Source: Chrysomallon squamiferum (lineage: Eukaryota; Animalia; Mollusca). From it: a DNA stretch of 64,000 bases. The stretch spans positions 5,332,001 through 5,396,000 of the forward strand of contig CM022670.1 in assembly GCA_012295275.1 (NCBI GenBank). Direction: 5' to 3'. The first letter of the stretch is position 1, and every line of letters starts with the position of its first letter. The notes under the pieces were generated by a model. That model was given only the letters and a program-made list of their open reading frames with translations, was not told the DNA's origin and ran no database searches. Positions 1 through 13,320 of the stretch are shown here, piece after piece. A program made the translations under genes and the position numbers.

Positions 1-831
1 ACGTTTTCCGTATGAGTATACGATACAAAAATACGTTACTTTCTTCGTTTTATTTCTTCATTGTTTAATCTGTGATATAATTATCTTCTAACTGTATAAG
101 GTTTTGTTAAATTTGGAAAATATCAATATCTGTTGCTAAAATTAAGAAAATTTATTGAAAAACAGTTTGATTATTTGAAATCAGTTAAAACGGATAATGA
201 CACTTCGGATACGAGTACACGGGTTTATAAATATTTCTTTGTGACCTTGTTTTGTGACGAGAAAACTCAACAATATGAGAGAGTTGAAAATAAGTAAACC
301 TTTATTGGGCACTCATAACTTATTACAAATATTTCATATTTCAAAGCCTTTCTTCAGTGTTCAAAAACTGAATTATTGGGACATTTTTCATCTTGTATGT
401 TTAAGGTATCTTTAATATTAGTCTTTCTAACTGTCATTTGAAAACTATTAATGACAGTTAGTAGAATATGTTGTGCTGTCATTAAACATTTATTTATTTA
501 TTTCTGTTGTGTATGGATTCTTCAATATCCCGCTTATTTTGTTTCCGACGATTTCATATTAGTGTTATAATGACCAAAATCAGGAATCTTTATAATAGAC
601 TAATGTTTTAACTTCAGAAAGACGCCGAAACGTAGATACAAGTTTAGTACTTTTTGGCCTTAATTCTAAAAATGTATCTGTGCCCTACACAGGCACAGAA
701 AGACCATTATTAAAAATACTTAAACCTACGAAGTAACTCAGTAGTAATATTGTACTCAAGACTGAAACCATCACTTACACTGTCTAGGTGTCGTCTAGAT
801 GCCACTATCTGGAAAGGCAAAACCATAATAG

Positions 832-833
832 TG

Positions 834-903
<70 letters not shown>
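832..903. repeat. (TAA)n microsatellite
   Basis: Pure ATA/TAA run; counterpart near 16805-16872. Confidence 0.95.
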
Positions 904-904
<1 letters not shown>

Positions 905-1481
905 TGTTACAGCAAACCTTAATGGAACAAAATTTCAATACATTTCATTATAAAGGGCGAGGTTTAAGGGCGTGTTCATGACGTTGAACACCCTTTCACT
1001 GAGTAGCCGTTTTAATATTGTGATAAAGTAATCTTAGACATTCGTTTATTAATTAACCATTCATAATACTACGATAAAATTAAAATCGTTTATTAAAGAT
1101 ACTGTATATTGAACGAATCGATGAACCAATGTTTAATACAGTATCAAAACTGTATTTTGAACTAGAATATTTCCTGGGATGGTTTGCAGTGACTGTAAAG
1201 TACACGGACATAGTGGTAAGTTTACAAATGTCAGATAATTCAATATAGAATTTACACAGTGAGTGAGTAAAGTACAGATTACGTTATAACGAGTAGCGGC
1301 GTTATATCAGTACACGGTATACAGAAAATACGATATCAGAGGAAATAATGAATGAATGAATGTGTGTATCTGTATACATTAATTATGAACGGATTATTAG
1401 TAAAAGTAATAATAGCAGTAGTAATAATAACCGTAGTAGTGCTAATAGTAGCAGGAGTAGTTGTAATAGTAGTATTAGTAA

Positions 1482-1540
<59 letters not shown>

Positions 1541-2119
1541 TCAATAGTAGAATCGGTAGTATAGTAATAAATATAACAGTTCAATATATTACAATACAGT
1601 GCAGTACAATTCAATACAGTACAGTATTAATACAATATCACGTTTAAAATGTATATATAAGTCGAATCATATTTCCTTAATCTTTTAATAAAGTAGTATT
1701 ACTAGTAACAGTTATATATTTCCATTGAACCATCCAGTAGAACAGCTTTTTAAAATAAATATTTCTAGATCATATCTAAATTTACCACTAGGAAAGATAA
1801 TAATTTAAATAGCGTTATGAGTAGATAATTACATTGTTTCCCCACTAGGTAATTTAAATACGTAATTGATAGAAAATTAAAGGTAAACAGCTTTCAGTGT
1901 ATAATAATATAACACATCACAATATCTAATTTAAACAATAAAAAATAATCCTAAAATATTAAATAAACGAAGATTAAAATTAAAAGTTACACTTGACGAA
2001 GCTGTGTTTTAAACAAAATAGAAGAAATAATGATTTGAGTAGATAAAGTCATTGCAAGCTGTCTGGATATCACTATTAATAGCGAGCTACATTTAGTAAT
2101 TCACCGTCTGTCTTGAGCA

Positions 2120-2153
<34 letters not shown>

Positions 2154-3988
2154 CTGGTCATCGTGGGAAGAAATTTAGATTTGATTTAAACTGGCGTTGA
2201 TGTTTACACTTGTGCAAACCCACCAGGGACTGGTTCCGATTCGCCAGCACTGGAATACTGTGTGGTAGACACTAGTTCATTAACTCCGCTGTGAAGGGCG
2301 GTTCTGGGAACTGTATCAAGTGGAGGGGCGTATCATTGCCAAGCATGAATACGGTGATGTGACCGCAGTGACTAAAACTGGTGATGTTATGTTGTCGTAC
2401 ATTCTAAACAATAATGTGACAGTAAAGAATTTTGTCATCAGCGATTTCACATAGTTAAAATACATTTAAAAATGCATGACGATAGTAAAAGATTTTTCAG
2501 GATTTGTTTTCCTTTTTGAAAAAAACTTTTGGTCTCTGGTAACACTTATTGAAGGCAGTATTATTATTGTTAATGGGATTAGAACTGAAGAGAACGGTTT
2601 TGTTAATTGCCCGAACTGGCGTCGAGATATCGTCAGTAAGCAAGCAAAAAATAGCAGAGATTTTAAAGTTTTGTGTTTAAATTAAATAAACGAGTGTTTA
2701 GTTGCACTTCATTAAATAAACATTCCGCTATTATCATCAAATGTATTGTCACGTTTTCTATTACTGAAATCTGTTTCTCTTTGTAATCTGCCTGTTTATC
2801 GGTCTGTCTGTCTGTCTGTCTGTCTATCAGCTTATATATCTATCAATCTGTCTATTTGTGTCTCTGTATGTCTATCCCTCTGTCTCTGTCTCCTCTCTGT
2901 TCAGATATTTTCGACTTATTTTTATGTCTAAGTAACCATGTAGATTTTTAATTTCCTTCATCCTTCACGCCTTCAATAACAAACAAACAAACAAACAAAC
3001 AGATAAATAAATAAACAAAATAATAAAATAAATTTTAAATATAAAGTGAAACAAAATGCAAAGAAGGAATCCTCTCAAAACGTCATTTACAAAACAGTTT
3101 ATATGGTAAGTAAAAAATTAAGATTCATATATTCAAAAGTGATTCAAAACTATTTACCCACAAACGTTTGCTTTTAAGAAGATAAAAAGTCAAAGAACTT
3201 CTCTTTGAAAACACAAAATCTGTATTAGTTGTTTACCAAGAGACCAGCTTAGCGGAATGCTATTTACCAACCCACACACAGAAAAAAAAATTCAAACGTT
3301 TCACAAGCCGAGTAAAAACAAAATAAATGTAAAACGAAAATGTACTAAAACTGAGTATACATTTGTCTACGACGACAACAATATTTTTCATCTCCCAGAG
3401 CCAGCCGACGCCGTCGTGGCTAATGTTGCTAATTGAGTTTACGTGTTTGACGCTTGCATGTTCCCAAGCGCCAGCTACGTGGCGAATCTAACTTATATTT
3501 AAACGTATCTTCCAGATTCTCAACATACGTAAATTAATGCGTGTTCTTTTCACGTGGCTTTGGGGATTTAAGCTGTAACACATTTGGAAGTTTGGATAAT
3601 CTTGTGAGACTTGTTGCTGTATATTTACTTATACTTATTAGAATGTAAAAGGACGTAACGACTGCAGTGATCTGAAAGTAAATTTGTGTTCTTCGTAGAA
3701 ACAAAAAAATATATATGCTAATAGCTTTCAGTTGTATCTGTTTCACTAAGTCTACAGAAAAGAAGCTGTATAATGTGTGGTTCAGATTTAAATATGAAAT
3801 ACTACGTTCTGTCACATCAACTCTGCGATTAGATATTAAAGACGTTATTCAAAAGTTTAGAATTCTATTTATTTATATCTGATTATATCTTGTTGTCTGT
3901 TTTATGTTCCGTACAAGCTAAGTTTTAAACAACTATTCTTGTAACATAGTGATAATGTAACAGGCTAGATGTAATTATTTAATTCAGT

Positions 3989-4099
<111 letters not shown>

Positions 4100-4782
4100 C
4101 CCCCTCTGTCTGTCTGTTTGTCTGTGTTATATCTATAAGTTAATATATATGTATCTAATTTAATTTGCAGACTGTTCAAATATCTTTGTCTATATATCTT
4201 TTTTAAATGTTGTTTATAAAGTCACTAATGTATTAAGGATTATATTTCTGATACTATACACATATATATGAACATAAATATAATAAAACATTTAAATAAA
4301 TGTCTTTATAAAATAACGGAATATAAAATAACATTAAAGGTTAATAAGAATATAATTAAACACTTAAATTTAAATAAATAAATAAAATATTTATCGACAG
4401 TTGAACACATTATATATATATATATATAACCGTAAAAAAAAAGAAGAAGAAATATATATATATATACTCTTTTCAACCTTTCTGTGATTTCATTATTACG
4501 GATTGGCTAACTTTTTATATGCCAGTCCTGTGCTGGTTGGAACGGGGATAAATCCAAACGACACTCTATATGTAACAAATCGTTGTCTAAGCGAATTCTC
4601 AACTAGAGACCGCGCCTTCGTATTGAATATCTATTAATATAATGATCAATATCTGTGATACCAAATAATTTAAAAGAAACCCTGCAAAGTATTAAGATAT
4701 ATTTACGTGTAAAAATATTAACTTACGATTTAACTTTAATTAAAAAAAGCCTCAAACGTAGGTTATTAACATGAGAAATTAT

Positions 4783-4820
<38 letters not shown>

Positions 4821-7800
4821 GGTTTTGATTTCTGATATTGATAGGGCTTCTCTTTACGATTAATAACTATTAGTAAAGATATATATATATATATATATTT
4901 AAAAAAAAAATTAAATTAATCGCTTTATCAGTGAACCGTATAAGAAATTATAATTACTCGTTATTTGTAAGTAGTAAAATAATTTCCGTTTACGACGAAC
5001 ATTATTTCACTTTTCCCGAACCGCTTATAAAAATCCGGGAGTTTTTTCCCTTGATTACACACAGCCAGCGTGTACTTATCTAAATCTCTTCTTACTTTAC
5101 TTGATACCAAATCCAAATGTTTAGTCAGTATAGTAATTATCGTATTATCAGTATCATAACCAAGCCGAGTTTGTTGTTTTTCGTTTCATCGATCCTTGAC
5201 CGTGTTTTGATCAAGCTTACGGTACTCAAAGATGTTCTGGTTAAGCCTTTATTAGTATATGACTATTTTTTTTGTCTACGTTTCAGTAAGTTATGTACAC
5301 GTAAGTAAAGAAGAAGAAATAATTATAACCAAACCGTTAAGTATAATCTTTATTATGGGTATGATAATGATTTTATGGCAGGATGATACTTCATTATTTT
5401 TAAACTTATTTTAACATGTTCGCCATTATTTTTGCATTCCTTTTAATATATTTTGTCCATGTTTTTTTTGTCTTTTAGTTTGTTCATTGCAGCGTACCCT
5501 TGAACATACTTAGTATAGAAAGGATGCTTTATAAATATGGTATAATGACAATAATACATATGTTCGTATATGTGTCTGTTTATGTAGGTGTGTGTGTGTG
5601 TGTGTGTGTATTTATGTGTATGTATATGTATATATATGTATGTACGTATGCGTTTGTAGTTATATGTGTGTATATGCAGATTTATGTATGTATCTCTATG
5701 TGTGTATGTACGTGTTTGTGTATATGGAGGTGTATATGCGTGTGTATCTTTTTACAGGCGTATGCGTAGGTGTGTGCGTGTTTAATATTTGCTTTTTTAG
5801 TAGATTATTTAAAACATAACGCTTTTTTTGTTGTTGTTATTTTTTTTTTTTTTTATATAAAATAAACTTTAATAAATTAGTCATTTACTCACAGAATATG
5901 AACATAAATTGTATTTAATGAACAGCATAATGTAAAACTGAATAGCACAAGCTTTTAATGCAGCTGAAACTGACGTGAGTAAATGTACAGAAATAGCTTT
6001 ACGTTCTGTTACCAGATGCTCACCAGAAAACTGGGTAATTAGAACGTTCATTTTCACAAGATATTTTGTATTTACAAATAAATAAAATAGTAATTTTGGT
6101 GAATATGGTGATGATGGTGGTAGTAAAAGTTGTAGTAGTAGTGGTGGTGGAGGTGTTGGTGTTGGTGGTGGCAGTGGTGGTTGTAGTAGTGGTAGTATTA
6201 ATTACCGTAATAATAATAATGATGGTTATGATGATGATGATGAACATACTGGCGCTACTTTTACAAAAGCAGTAAGAAAAGCGACAACTTCAGTAACAGC
6301 AAATACAACAACAACAACAATAGTAATAATAATAATAACGACGACAACATTAATAATAATAACAAGAACAGTAATAATAATAATAATAATAGCAATAAAT
6401 GTTGACACGTGTCTGTGGTTTTTTCTATACAGAATTCATTGACAAATTATTTTTGATTTGTGAGTATTCCATAAATAAATGAAAGAAAAATGAATTTCAC
6501 ATCTTTTCCGTATGAACAGTTATTGTGTACTATATATGTTTTATTTTTGAAGTTTATGTTCAGTTGTCACTAATATTAAATGACTAAATGTTGACACTAA
6601 CAACAGTTAATACATAAAACCTGTTTAGCCGACCTTAAATGAAAAACATTTATAATTTCCCGGGATCTTGATCCAGAAAATTTCACAATAAAATTTCACC
6701 TTAATTATGATTCTCATTACTTAAGGTGGTAATATTGTAAACTGCAATAACATTGAAAAATAAATAAACAAGAAAAGACAGATTAATTTAATTCTTTTTA
6801 TTGTTCATTTGCTTGTCCTACTTCTATTCGTTTATTTCTTCTTTCTTTTTTGTTTCCTTTTTTTCTTTTTATTTCTCGCTCTTCTTCTGCGACACCATAA
6901 CAACGCCATCATGTAAAAACACTCAAAGAATTTGGAATTGCAAACGTATGATGCATACGTTAATAAAGTATTTGCATTCGGAGGAAGTACAAATTAGTGC
7001 CTGGTTAGTGGAAAACGGTAAAGGGGAGCCCTTATGCCGAGGACAAATTTGATTATAAATCCTCACTGTCCTTCTGGATTAGGCGGACCTTTTACCCTCC
7101 AATCACTCGGGCCAGTTTGAAATCTCCTCACAATTAATCTGATTTATCAGTGTTTGCACACTTCGGCGATAATGTATGAATCAAGACAGATCTTAGACTC
7201 TGATCGAATCAAATCTATTGCAGTTTTCGAGTACGTCATTACTTACAAGGTTAACTAGGAAAGTTTCGGGTAGCCAAGTTTGAACTGCTGTTATGGGATA
7301 AAGTATCGGCGCTGGAAATGCACTTAGCTGTTCCGAAAGACAAAGCTGATTTCTTTGAAATCGCTTGCGGTTGAAAGGTAGCCAGATTTTCTACGAATTC
7401 GTGGGAGTCTATCAAAAGGATTGATGTTTCTATAAACGTATCAGTTTTAATCTGATGTTTACAAACTCAGATCTAGATTTTCTATAATAATTTTGTTATG
7501 GATGTTAAAGAAAAGATTCGTATCTAAGAGATCGTTGTCTTTCAGAAACTGAAGATATTTACCACCTCAAAACCGACACATCTGCAGTAATGACATTATG
7601 GATGATTAATAATAGGGACATTTTTTTTTTTTTTTTAGAAATCTGTGTTTCCAGGAAACTGTACAAATTTAGTTTATCAAGAAAAGATAAAACCTGAAAT
7701 TTCGATAATGATATTATCACGGAGATTTCAGGAAAAGCGTATTTTTAATAAAATCACTGTTTTCAAGAAATTTGAAATTTATCAGCTCAATATTTTCGTT

Positions 7801-7854
7801 TTTATAGTGCTTGTATTATGTGATGTCTCTTTAAAAGATAAAATTTTACCTGCC

Positions 7855-7887
<33 letters not shown>

Positions 7888-8194
7888 TTTATTATGTACA
7901 TTAATTTTACAAAAACTCTTTCTATGGAATTATTTGTTCCAAGAAAATTTTAAACATTTATTAGTTTGGAACTGAAATTTCTTTGTTTTATTATAGAAAT
8001 TAATGAGAAATTGATGTTTCTATGAAACTGATACCTCAGAAGCTGATTTTTTTTCTAAGAAAATGTTATTTGCATGTGAGGAATCAGTAATAAAGGATAA
8101 TACAGATATAGATTTAATGATGCCAATTAAAACAAATTTATAAATATGGAGGCAAAAAAAAATATTGTCGACCGCCAGAGTCCGACTTGCTCTG

Positions 8195-8246
8195 TGCCGG
8201 AACCCGGGATTGAACCGGGGGCCTTTAGATCTTCAGTCTAACGCTC
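8195..8246 (-). pseudogene. trnF-GAA: tRNA-Phe(GAA) interrupted by a Tx1 insertion (tRNA positions 22-73 remain on this side)
   Basis: 52 nt identical to the 3' part of the intact copies, then a poly(T) at 8247 in place of TCCCAACTGAGC. The equivalent locus at 24109-24181 is intact. Confidence 0.93.
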
Positions 8247-8491
8247 TTTTTTTTTTTTTTTTTTTTTAGTTTATAAACTAATATTTATTAACTTGACATG
8301 CTTTAAAAAGTGATTTTTATGAAATAAGATATTATGAAACAATATTTAATTTACATGTTATCGAATGATGTAATTTAATTCGTTAGGAATTTAAATAATA
8401 AAATTAATAAATGAATTGACAAAAACTTACTGTATTGACATTGGATACTATAAACTAATATTAATTTTATGGTCGACATCACGTCTTGTTC

Positions 8492-8495
<4 letters not shown>

Positions 8496-8587
<92 letters not shown>
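8496..8587. repeat. (AG)n microsatellite inside transduced DNA
   Basis: Pure AG run. Confidence 0.95.
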
Positions 8588-8589
<2 letters not shown>

Positions 8590-8952
8590 AGATTTTTTTT
8601 TTTTTATCGTCATAGATCTTTCTTTCCGTTATGAAAGATAAGCATATCAGTTTGAAATAAATGATTAAGTCAATAAATAAATAAATTACTAGATTCTTTA
8701 ACTTTATTTTTGCGATAACTAATTGTATATAGCATGAAACAACAAAGAAAAAAAAATCTCCCAGAAAACAAAACCAATATCGTTTTATCGAATTTTAATC
8801 ATATTAAAATAAAAGTTTCTGTATTATCGATAAATCCATCTTGATGTGAGTGGGTGGTGTTTTTTCCGATTTTCTATTTGTCTCTCTCACTCAAAAAATA
8901 AATAATAATAATAATAAAAAACAATAGAAAAATAACAAGAAAGAAAGAATGA

Positions 8953-9001
8953 AGGTTTCGGCGAGGCTCGAACTCGCGACCTTCTGCGTGTTAAGCAGAC
9001 G
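8953..9001 (-). pseudogene. trnV-AAC: 3' fragment (positions 25-73) of tRNA-Val(AAC), transduced
   Basis: Minus strand CG-TCTGC-TTAACAC-GCAGA-AGGTC-GCGAG-TTCGAGC-CTCGC-CGAAACC-T: anticodon arm with AAC, T arm with B box, acceptor 3' strand. Preceded directly by poly(A). Confidence 0.88.
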
Positions 9002-9027
9002 TTTTTTTTTTTTTTTTTTTTTTTTTT

Positions 9028-9142
9028 AAATGTAAATGATGGTTTATTTATAGCTATTAAAATTAATTATAATTGTAAAAAATATAAACGAGGTTTCGGC
9101 GAGGCTCGAACTCACGACCTTCTGCGTGTTAAGCAGACGTGA
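9028..9142 (-). other. 3' transduction 1: tRNA-Val 3' part plus 63 bp flank, ending in AATAAA (9043-9048), 15 nt, then poly(A) (9002-9027)
   Basis: Lies between the element's own poly(A) (9143-9154) and a second poly(A). Confidence 0.82.
9091..9142 (-). pseudogene. trnV-AAC: 3' fragment (positions 22-73) of a second tRNA-Val(AAC) locus, transduced
   Basis: Minus strand TCACG-TCTGC-TTAACAC-GCAGA-AGGTC-GTGAG-TTCGAGC-CTCGC-CGAAACC-T. It has one SNP and a different 3' flank relative to 8953-9001. Confidence 0.88.
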
Positions 9143-9364
9143 TTTTTTTTTTTTATCTTTATTAGTATAATCACCAGTTGTACACAATTAAAATAACATT
9201 ACAGCTGTAAATAACAATAACAAAAACTATTTCCTCTCACACACTCAGTCACACTCATTCACACTCACATGCATGCATACTTATTTATTTGGAATATTCA
9301 TATATATTTACAGTATTTTATAGTATTAATTCTTTTATCCATTTCCATGATTTATCTATATTGA

Positions 9365-12300
9365 TTATTTGTAGCTTTCCAAAGGATATTTGAAAATAAG
9401 TATGTCGTCTTTTAGTTCTAGGAAAATATTGTTCTTAACATATTTGTTAATAAAAATTGAAAGTTTGTTTTGAATACGATATTGATTTAGAATGATTTTA
9501 AAGCACTGATACATATAATTTCTAAAAAAAAATGTATTATATTGATATTTGTTCCTTTCATTTGAGCTATTACACGCCTTTTGAACACTGTTATTCTATA
9601 AATTGAAAGAATAATATTAATAAATTCTATTGTACTATTTTCAATTTTGAGATAACATCCAAATATTAATAATCTTTTTAATTGTTCTAGAGAAAACCCT
9701 GTTTTCTTAAATATATAAATACATATTTCATGAAAGATTGATATTAATTCCTTCAATTCTTCACAATACAAAAATAAATGGCACAAATCTTCATCATCCT
9801 TCAAACACACTGGACATACACTAGATGAGATTTTGCCATATTTATATAATTTGTTATATGTATATATTATATGATGAACTATTCTAAAATCTAAGTCTAT
9901 AAATTCAGTAAATTTATCACTATAGTGTATCCATTTCCAAACTGGTCTCCAGAATATATTAAAACCAAGCTCATTCCATTTTTTTCTACACAAGTTGGTG
10001 CTTTTAAAGTTTTTTAAAATTAAAATAGAATAAATTATTTTAGCTGTAAATTTATTGACATTTATCATTTCATTATTCTGAAACAAAAATAAATCTTTAT
10101 TAGAAGTTAATTTTTTTTTAGCATTTCTGTTAATAGAACTTTTCCATTCATCTGGAAGTGATTTCTTAATAACATTGTAAGCTATATAAATTTGGTTTTG
10201 GATAATTCTGGAGATTTTTCATGAATAATTTCTACAATAGCTGTAAAAGGAAGAAAACCTGGTATTACTTCATAAGCAATATCAGCCACTTTGACTATTC
10301 CACTTTTTATAAAAGAACTAAATAATAATAATTTGTTTTTATATTTGATGAATGGATTTTGAAAAAGTGGCTGAGACAATATTTCATCTGTATCAAGTGG
10401 GAAATTACGTTCTCCATTATTAACATAGTCCCAAGCTGATAACATTTCAGCATAAAAGGGATTGATAACTTTTAAAGCTTCTTTACTGTATACTATTTTA
10501 AAAATGTCATAATTTAGATTCATATTCATATATTTTTCAAGAAATATTGACATTGTATATTTCCACACATTTTTAAAATTATTATCAAAATATTTCTTTA
10601 ACATTTTTATTCGAAAAGCCATTTTCTTTAATGAAATATCTTGAATATTTAGTCCACCCGACATTTTATTTCCAATTATTGTTGAATATTTTATTAAAGA
10701 TGTTTTCCTTCCCACATAAATTTACAAAATAATTTATGAATTTCATTTTCTACCCAATTTGGTACATTTATTGTGCTAATGATATACCACAGTCTAGATG
10801 TTAATAAAGTATTCCATACTTCAGCTTTTCCGTGCAAAGTAAGTTTCCTTTGACTCCATAAGTTAATTAGATTAGACATTTTAGCTAATTTATTTTTCCA
10901 GTTCAAAGTTTCACATAATAGTTTATTTGGTCCTAAATATATACCTAGAATTTTAACATAGTTTTTATTTATTGATATTGGAATGTTAAAGGATAAGTTT
11001 TCAATCATGGTTTTACCAAGATAAAGTACTTCTGACTTATCTACATTGACTTTTGCCCCTGTAGCACTACAATACATATTTATTGTATTAAAAACATTTT
11101 CTACTGACTGAGCATCACAGACAGTTACTGTAGTATCATCTGCATGCTGAAATAATAAAGAATTAAGTTCATTTGTTATCCTAATTCCATTCATGCTATG
11201 TCTTTTTTAATTAAATTATTTAAGGGTTCAGCTACAATAACATAAAGCATCATTGATATTGGACATCCTTGTCTAACCCCTCTTGTAATATTAAAAAAAG
11301 GTGTTAAATGTCCATTAATTTTTACACAACTTTTAATATTATTATATAGTATTTTAATCCACTTTATAAAATTATCACCAAAATTGAATTTTTTCAAAAC
11401 TTTTAAAATAAAACTATGTGATACTCTATCAAATGCTTTCTCTTGATCTATTTTAACTATATACCCTTCTGTATTATTTAACTCGACAATATCTATAATA
11501 TCTCTTACTGACATAATATTGTCAGCAATATCTCTTCCTTTTACACAACAGGTTTGTTCTGATGAAATAATAGTTGACATTACTTGTTTAAGACGATTTG
11601 CAAGAACTTTAGCAATAATTTTATAATCTACATTTAAAAGGCTGATAGGTCTGCTTTATCTCCTTTTTTCTTGTAAAATAAACTAATTACTCCTTTTTTC
11701 ATACTGCGTGACAACATTTCTTCTTTCTGAATTGACATAACTACTTTATGAAAGAAATTTTAAAATTTTCCCAGAATTTAACATAAAATTCTACTGTTAG
11801 ACCATCCAGACCAGGTGATTTATTTCTATTCATTTCTTTTAAAGCTTCAGTTAATTCTTCAATTGTAATGTCTTTCTCACAGTTTTCACTTTCAGATTCT
11901 TTTAGTTTATTTGATATTAAATTTATTATTTCTTCCTGTTTAATAATATCTACATTTTCTTGCGTAAATAATTTTGAATAAAAGTCATAAGCATATTGTA
12001 ATATATCTTCTGTTTTTCTTGTTAATCCATTTACTGTTTTTAGCTCTTTAATAGAATTTGATTCTTGTTTTGATTTTTCTAAACTGAGAAAAAAAAATGT
12101 GGTATTTCTATCCATATCTAGATTCCAATGAGCTTTAGATCTCAAAATAGCACCATTACATTTAGATCTCTCAATTAATTTTAATTTTTCTTCTAAAATT
12201 TGTATGTTACTCAAATCATGATGATTATTTACAGCTAGTTTAGCATATTCTCTTTTCAAAGCATTTTGTATATTATAATATTTTTCGTTATCTGATTTTC

Positions 12301-13240
12301 TCTTTTTTATTGCAAAATTTCTTGCACATGTTTTCATTTTATATTTTAAGTTGTCCCACCAAACACTAGGTTCAGTCTGTAACAAAGGACACTCAGAAGC
12401 ATTATTAATAACTTCAATAATAGCTTTACAAAAACTTTCATCTTTCAACAATTCATTATTAAAGATCCAAATACCTTGACCTCTCTCTACATGAGAAAAA
12501 TCTATTTTAAGTGATAAAAAATTGTGATCACTAACCGAGGTATAGGATATGTATACATTACTTATAAACTGCAATAAATTTCTAGAAATTAAGAATAAAT
12601 CAGTTCTTGACTGTTTTATAATTTTTTCAACTATTTGAGATCTAGTAAATTGCCTTTTATCTGGATTTCTGTGTCGCCAAATATCAACTAAATTATAATT
12701 AAAAATAACTGACTGTAATTCATTACTACTTTTTATATTAAAACTTTTATTATTAATGCCCAAATCTAAATTAGGATCTAAAATGTCATTAAAATCTCCT
12801 GCCATTATTGTATTTTTTAAATCCACAAATTTACATAATCCTTTAAAAAATAAAATTCTTTCTTCAATATTATTTGGTGCATATACATTTATAAAACTGT
12901 ATTCTTCTTCATCTATTTTCGTATTAATTTTTAAAATCCTGCCTTCAGTGTCGCAACTATTAAATGTAAACTTATAAGGACATTCTTTTGATACCAGTAT
13001 TGCTACACCCCTTCTTTTTTTATTTGGACAATTATTATAAAATATATTTCCTTCCCATAAATGTTTATATCTCTCAATGAAGTCATTATCCCAAAATGTT
13101 TCCTGTAGAAAAATAATATTTGCATGTTTACTTTTAAATGTTGCAAAAACTGAATTTAATTTCTCAATATCTCTCAGTCCGTTTACATTTATAGACAAGA
13201 TCATAGTTAGAAGAAGAAAAATTAGTGAACCATTACCCAT
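9365..13240 (-). pseudogene. Tx1 ORF2 (APE endonuclease, reverse transcriptase, CCHC), frameshifted into several pieces
   Basis: APE motifs SINVNGL, FLQET, NVYAPN, AGDFN, SDH. RT motifs KSPGLDGL, RPISLLNVDYK, DQEKAFDRVSH, GVRQGCPIS, QHADD, LGIY. C-terminal CPVC..EDLCHLFLYC. ORF pieces 11741-13240, 11191-11580, 10694-11194, 10182-10715, 9487-10086; terminal YPLESYK* at 9365. Confidence 0.93.
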
Positions 13241-13320
13241 TTTTAAAATATTCTATATCTTGTCTATATCCTCCCCCCCATACTCATTCATTACCCTGGC
13301 AACACTTTCTCTCACACTTT

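Larger units (their letters stand above)
8268..9001 (-). other. 3' transduction 2: tRNA-Val 3' part plus ~685 bp foreign flank, ending in AATAAA (8284-8289), 16 nt, then poly(A) (8247-8267)
   Basis: Bounded by poly(A) tracts at 9002-9027 and 8247-8267, with canonical polyadenylation spacing. Not present at the empty site. Confidence 0.8.

Noticed and set aside
2185-2412. GC-richer segment with a SINE-like 3' end (duplicated near 18140-18365)
   Set aside because: No clear A/B boxes or TSD, and the second copy is just part of the large duplication; needs a repeat-library search.
8268-9142. Alternative reading as a tRNA-Val-headed SINE or a native tRNA-Val cluster
   Set aside because: Both fragments lack the 5' part with the A box, start at the family's insertion register right after poly(A), have unrelated tails, and are absent from the empty allele. 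Transduction explains all four points.
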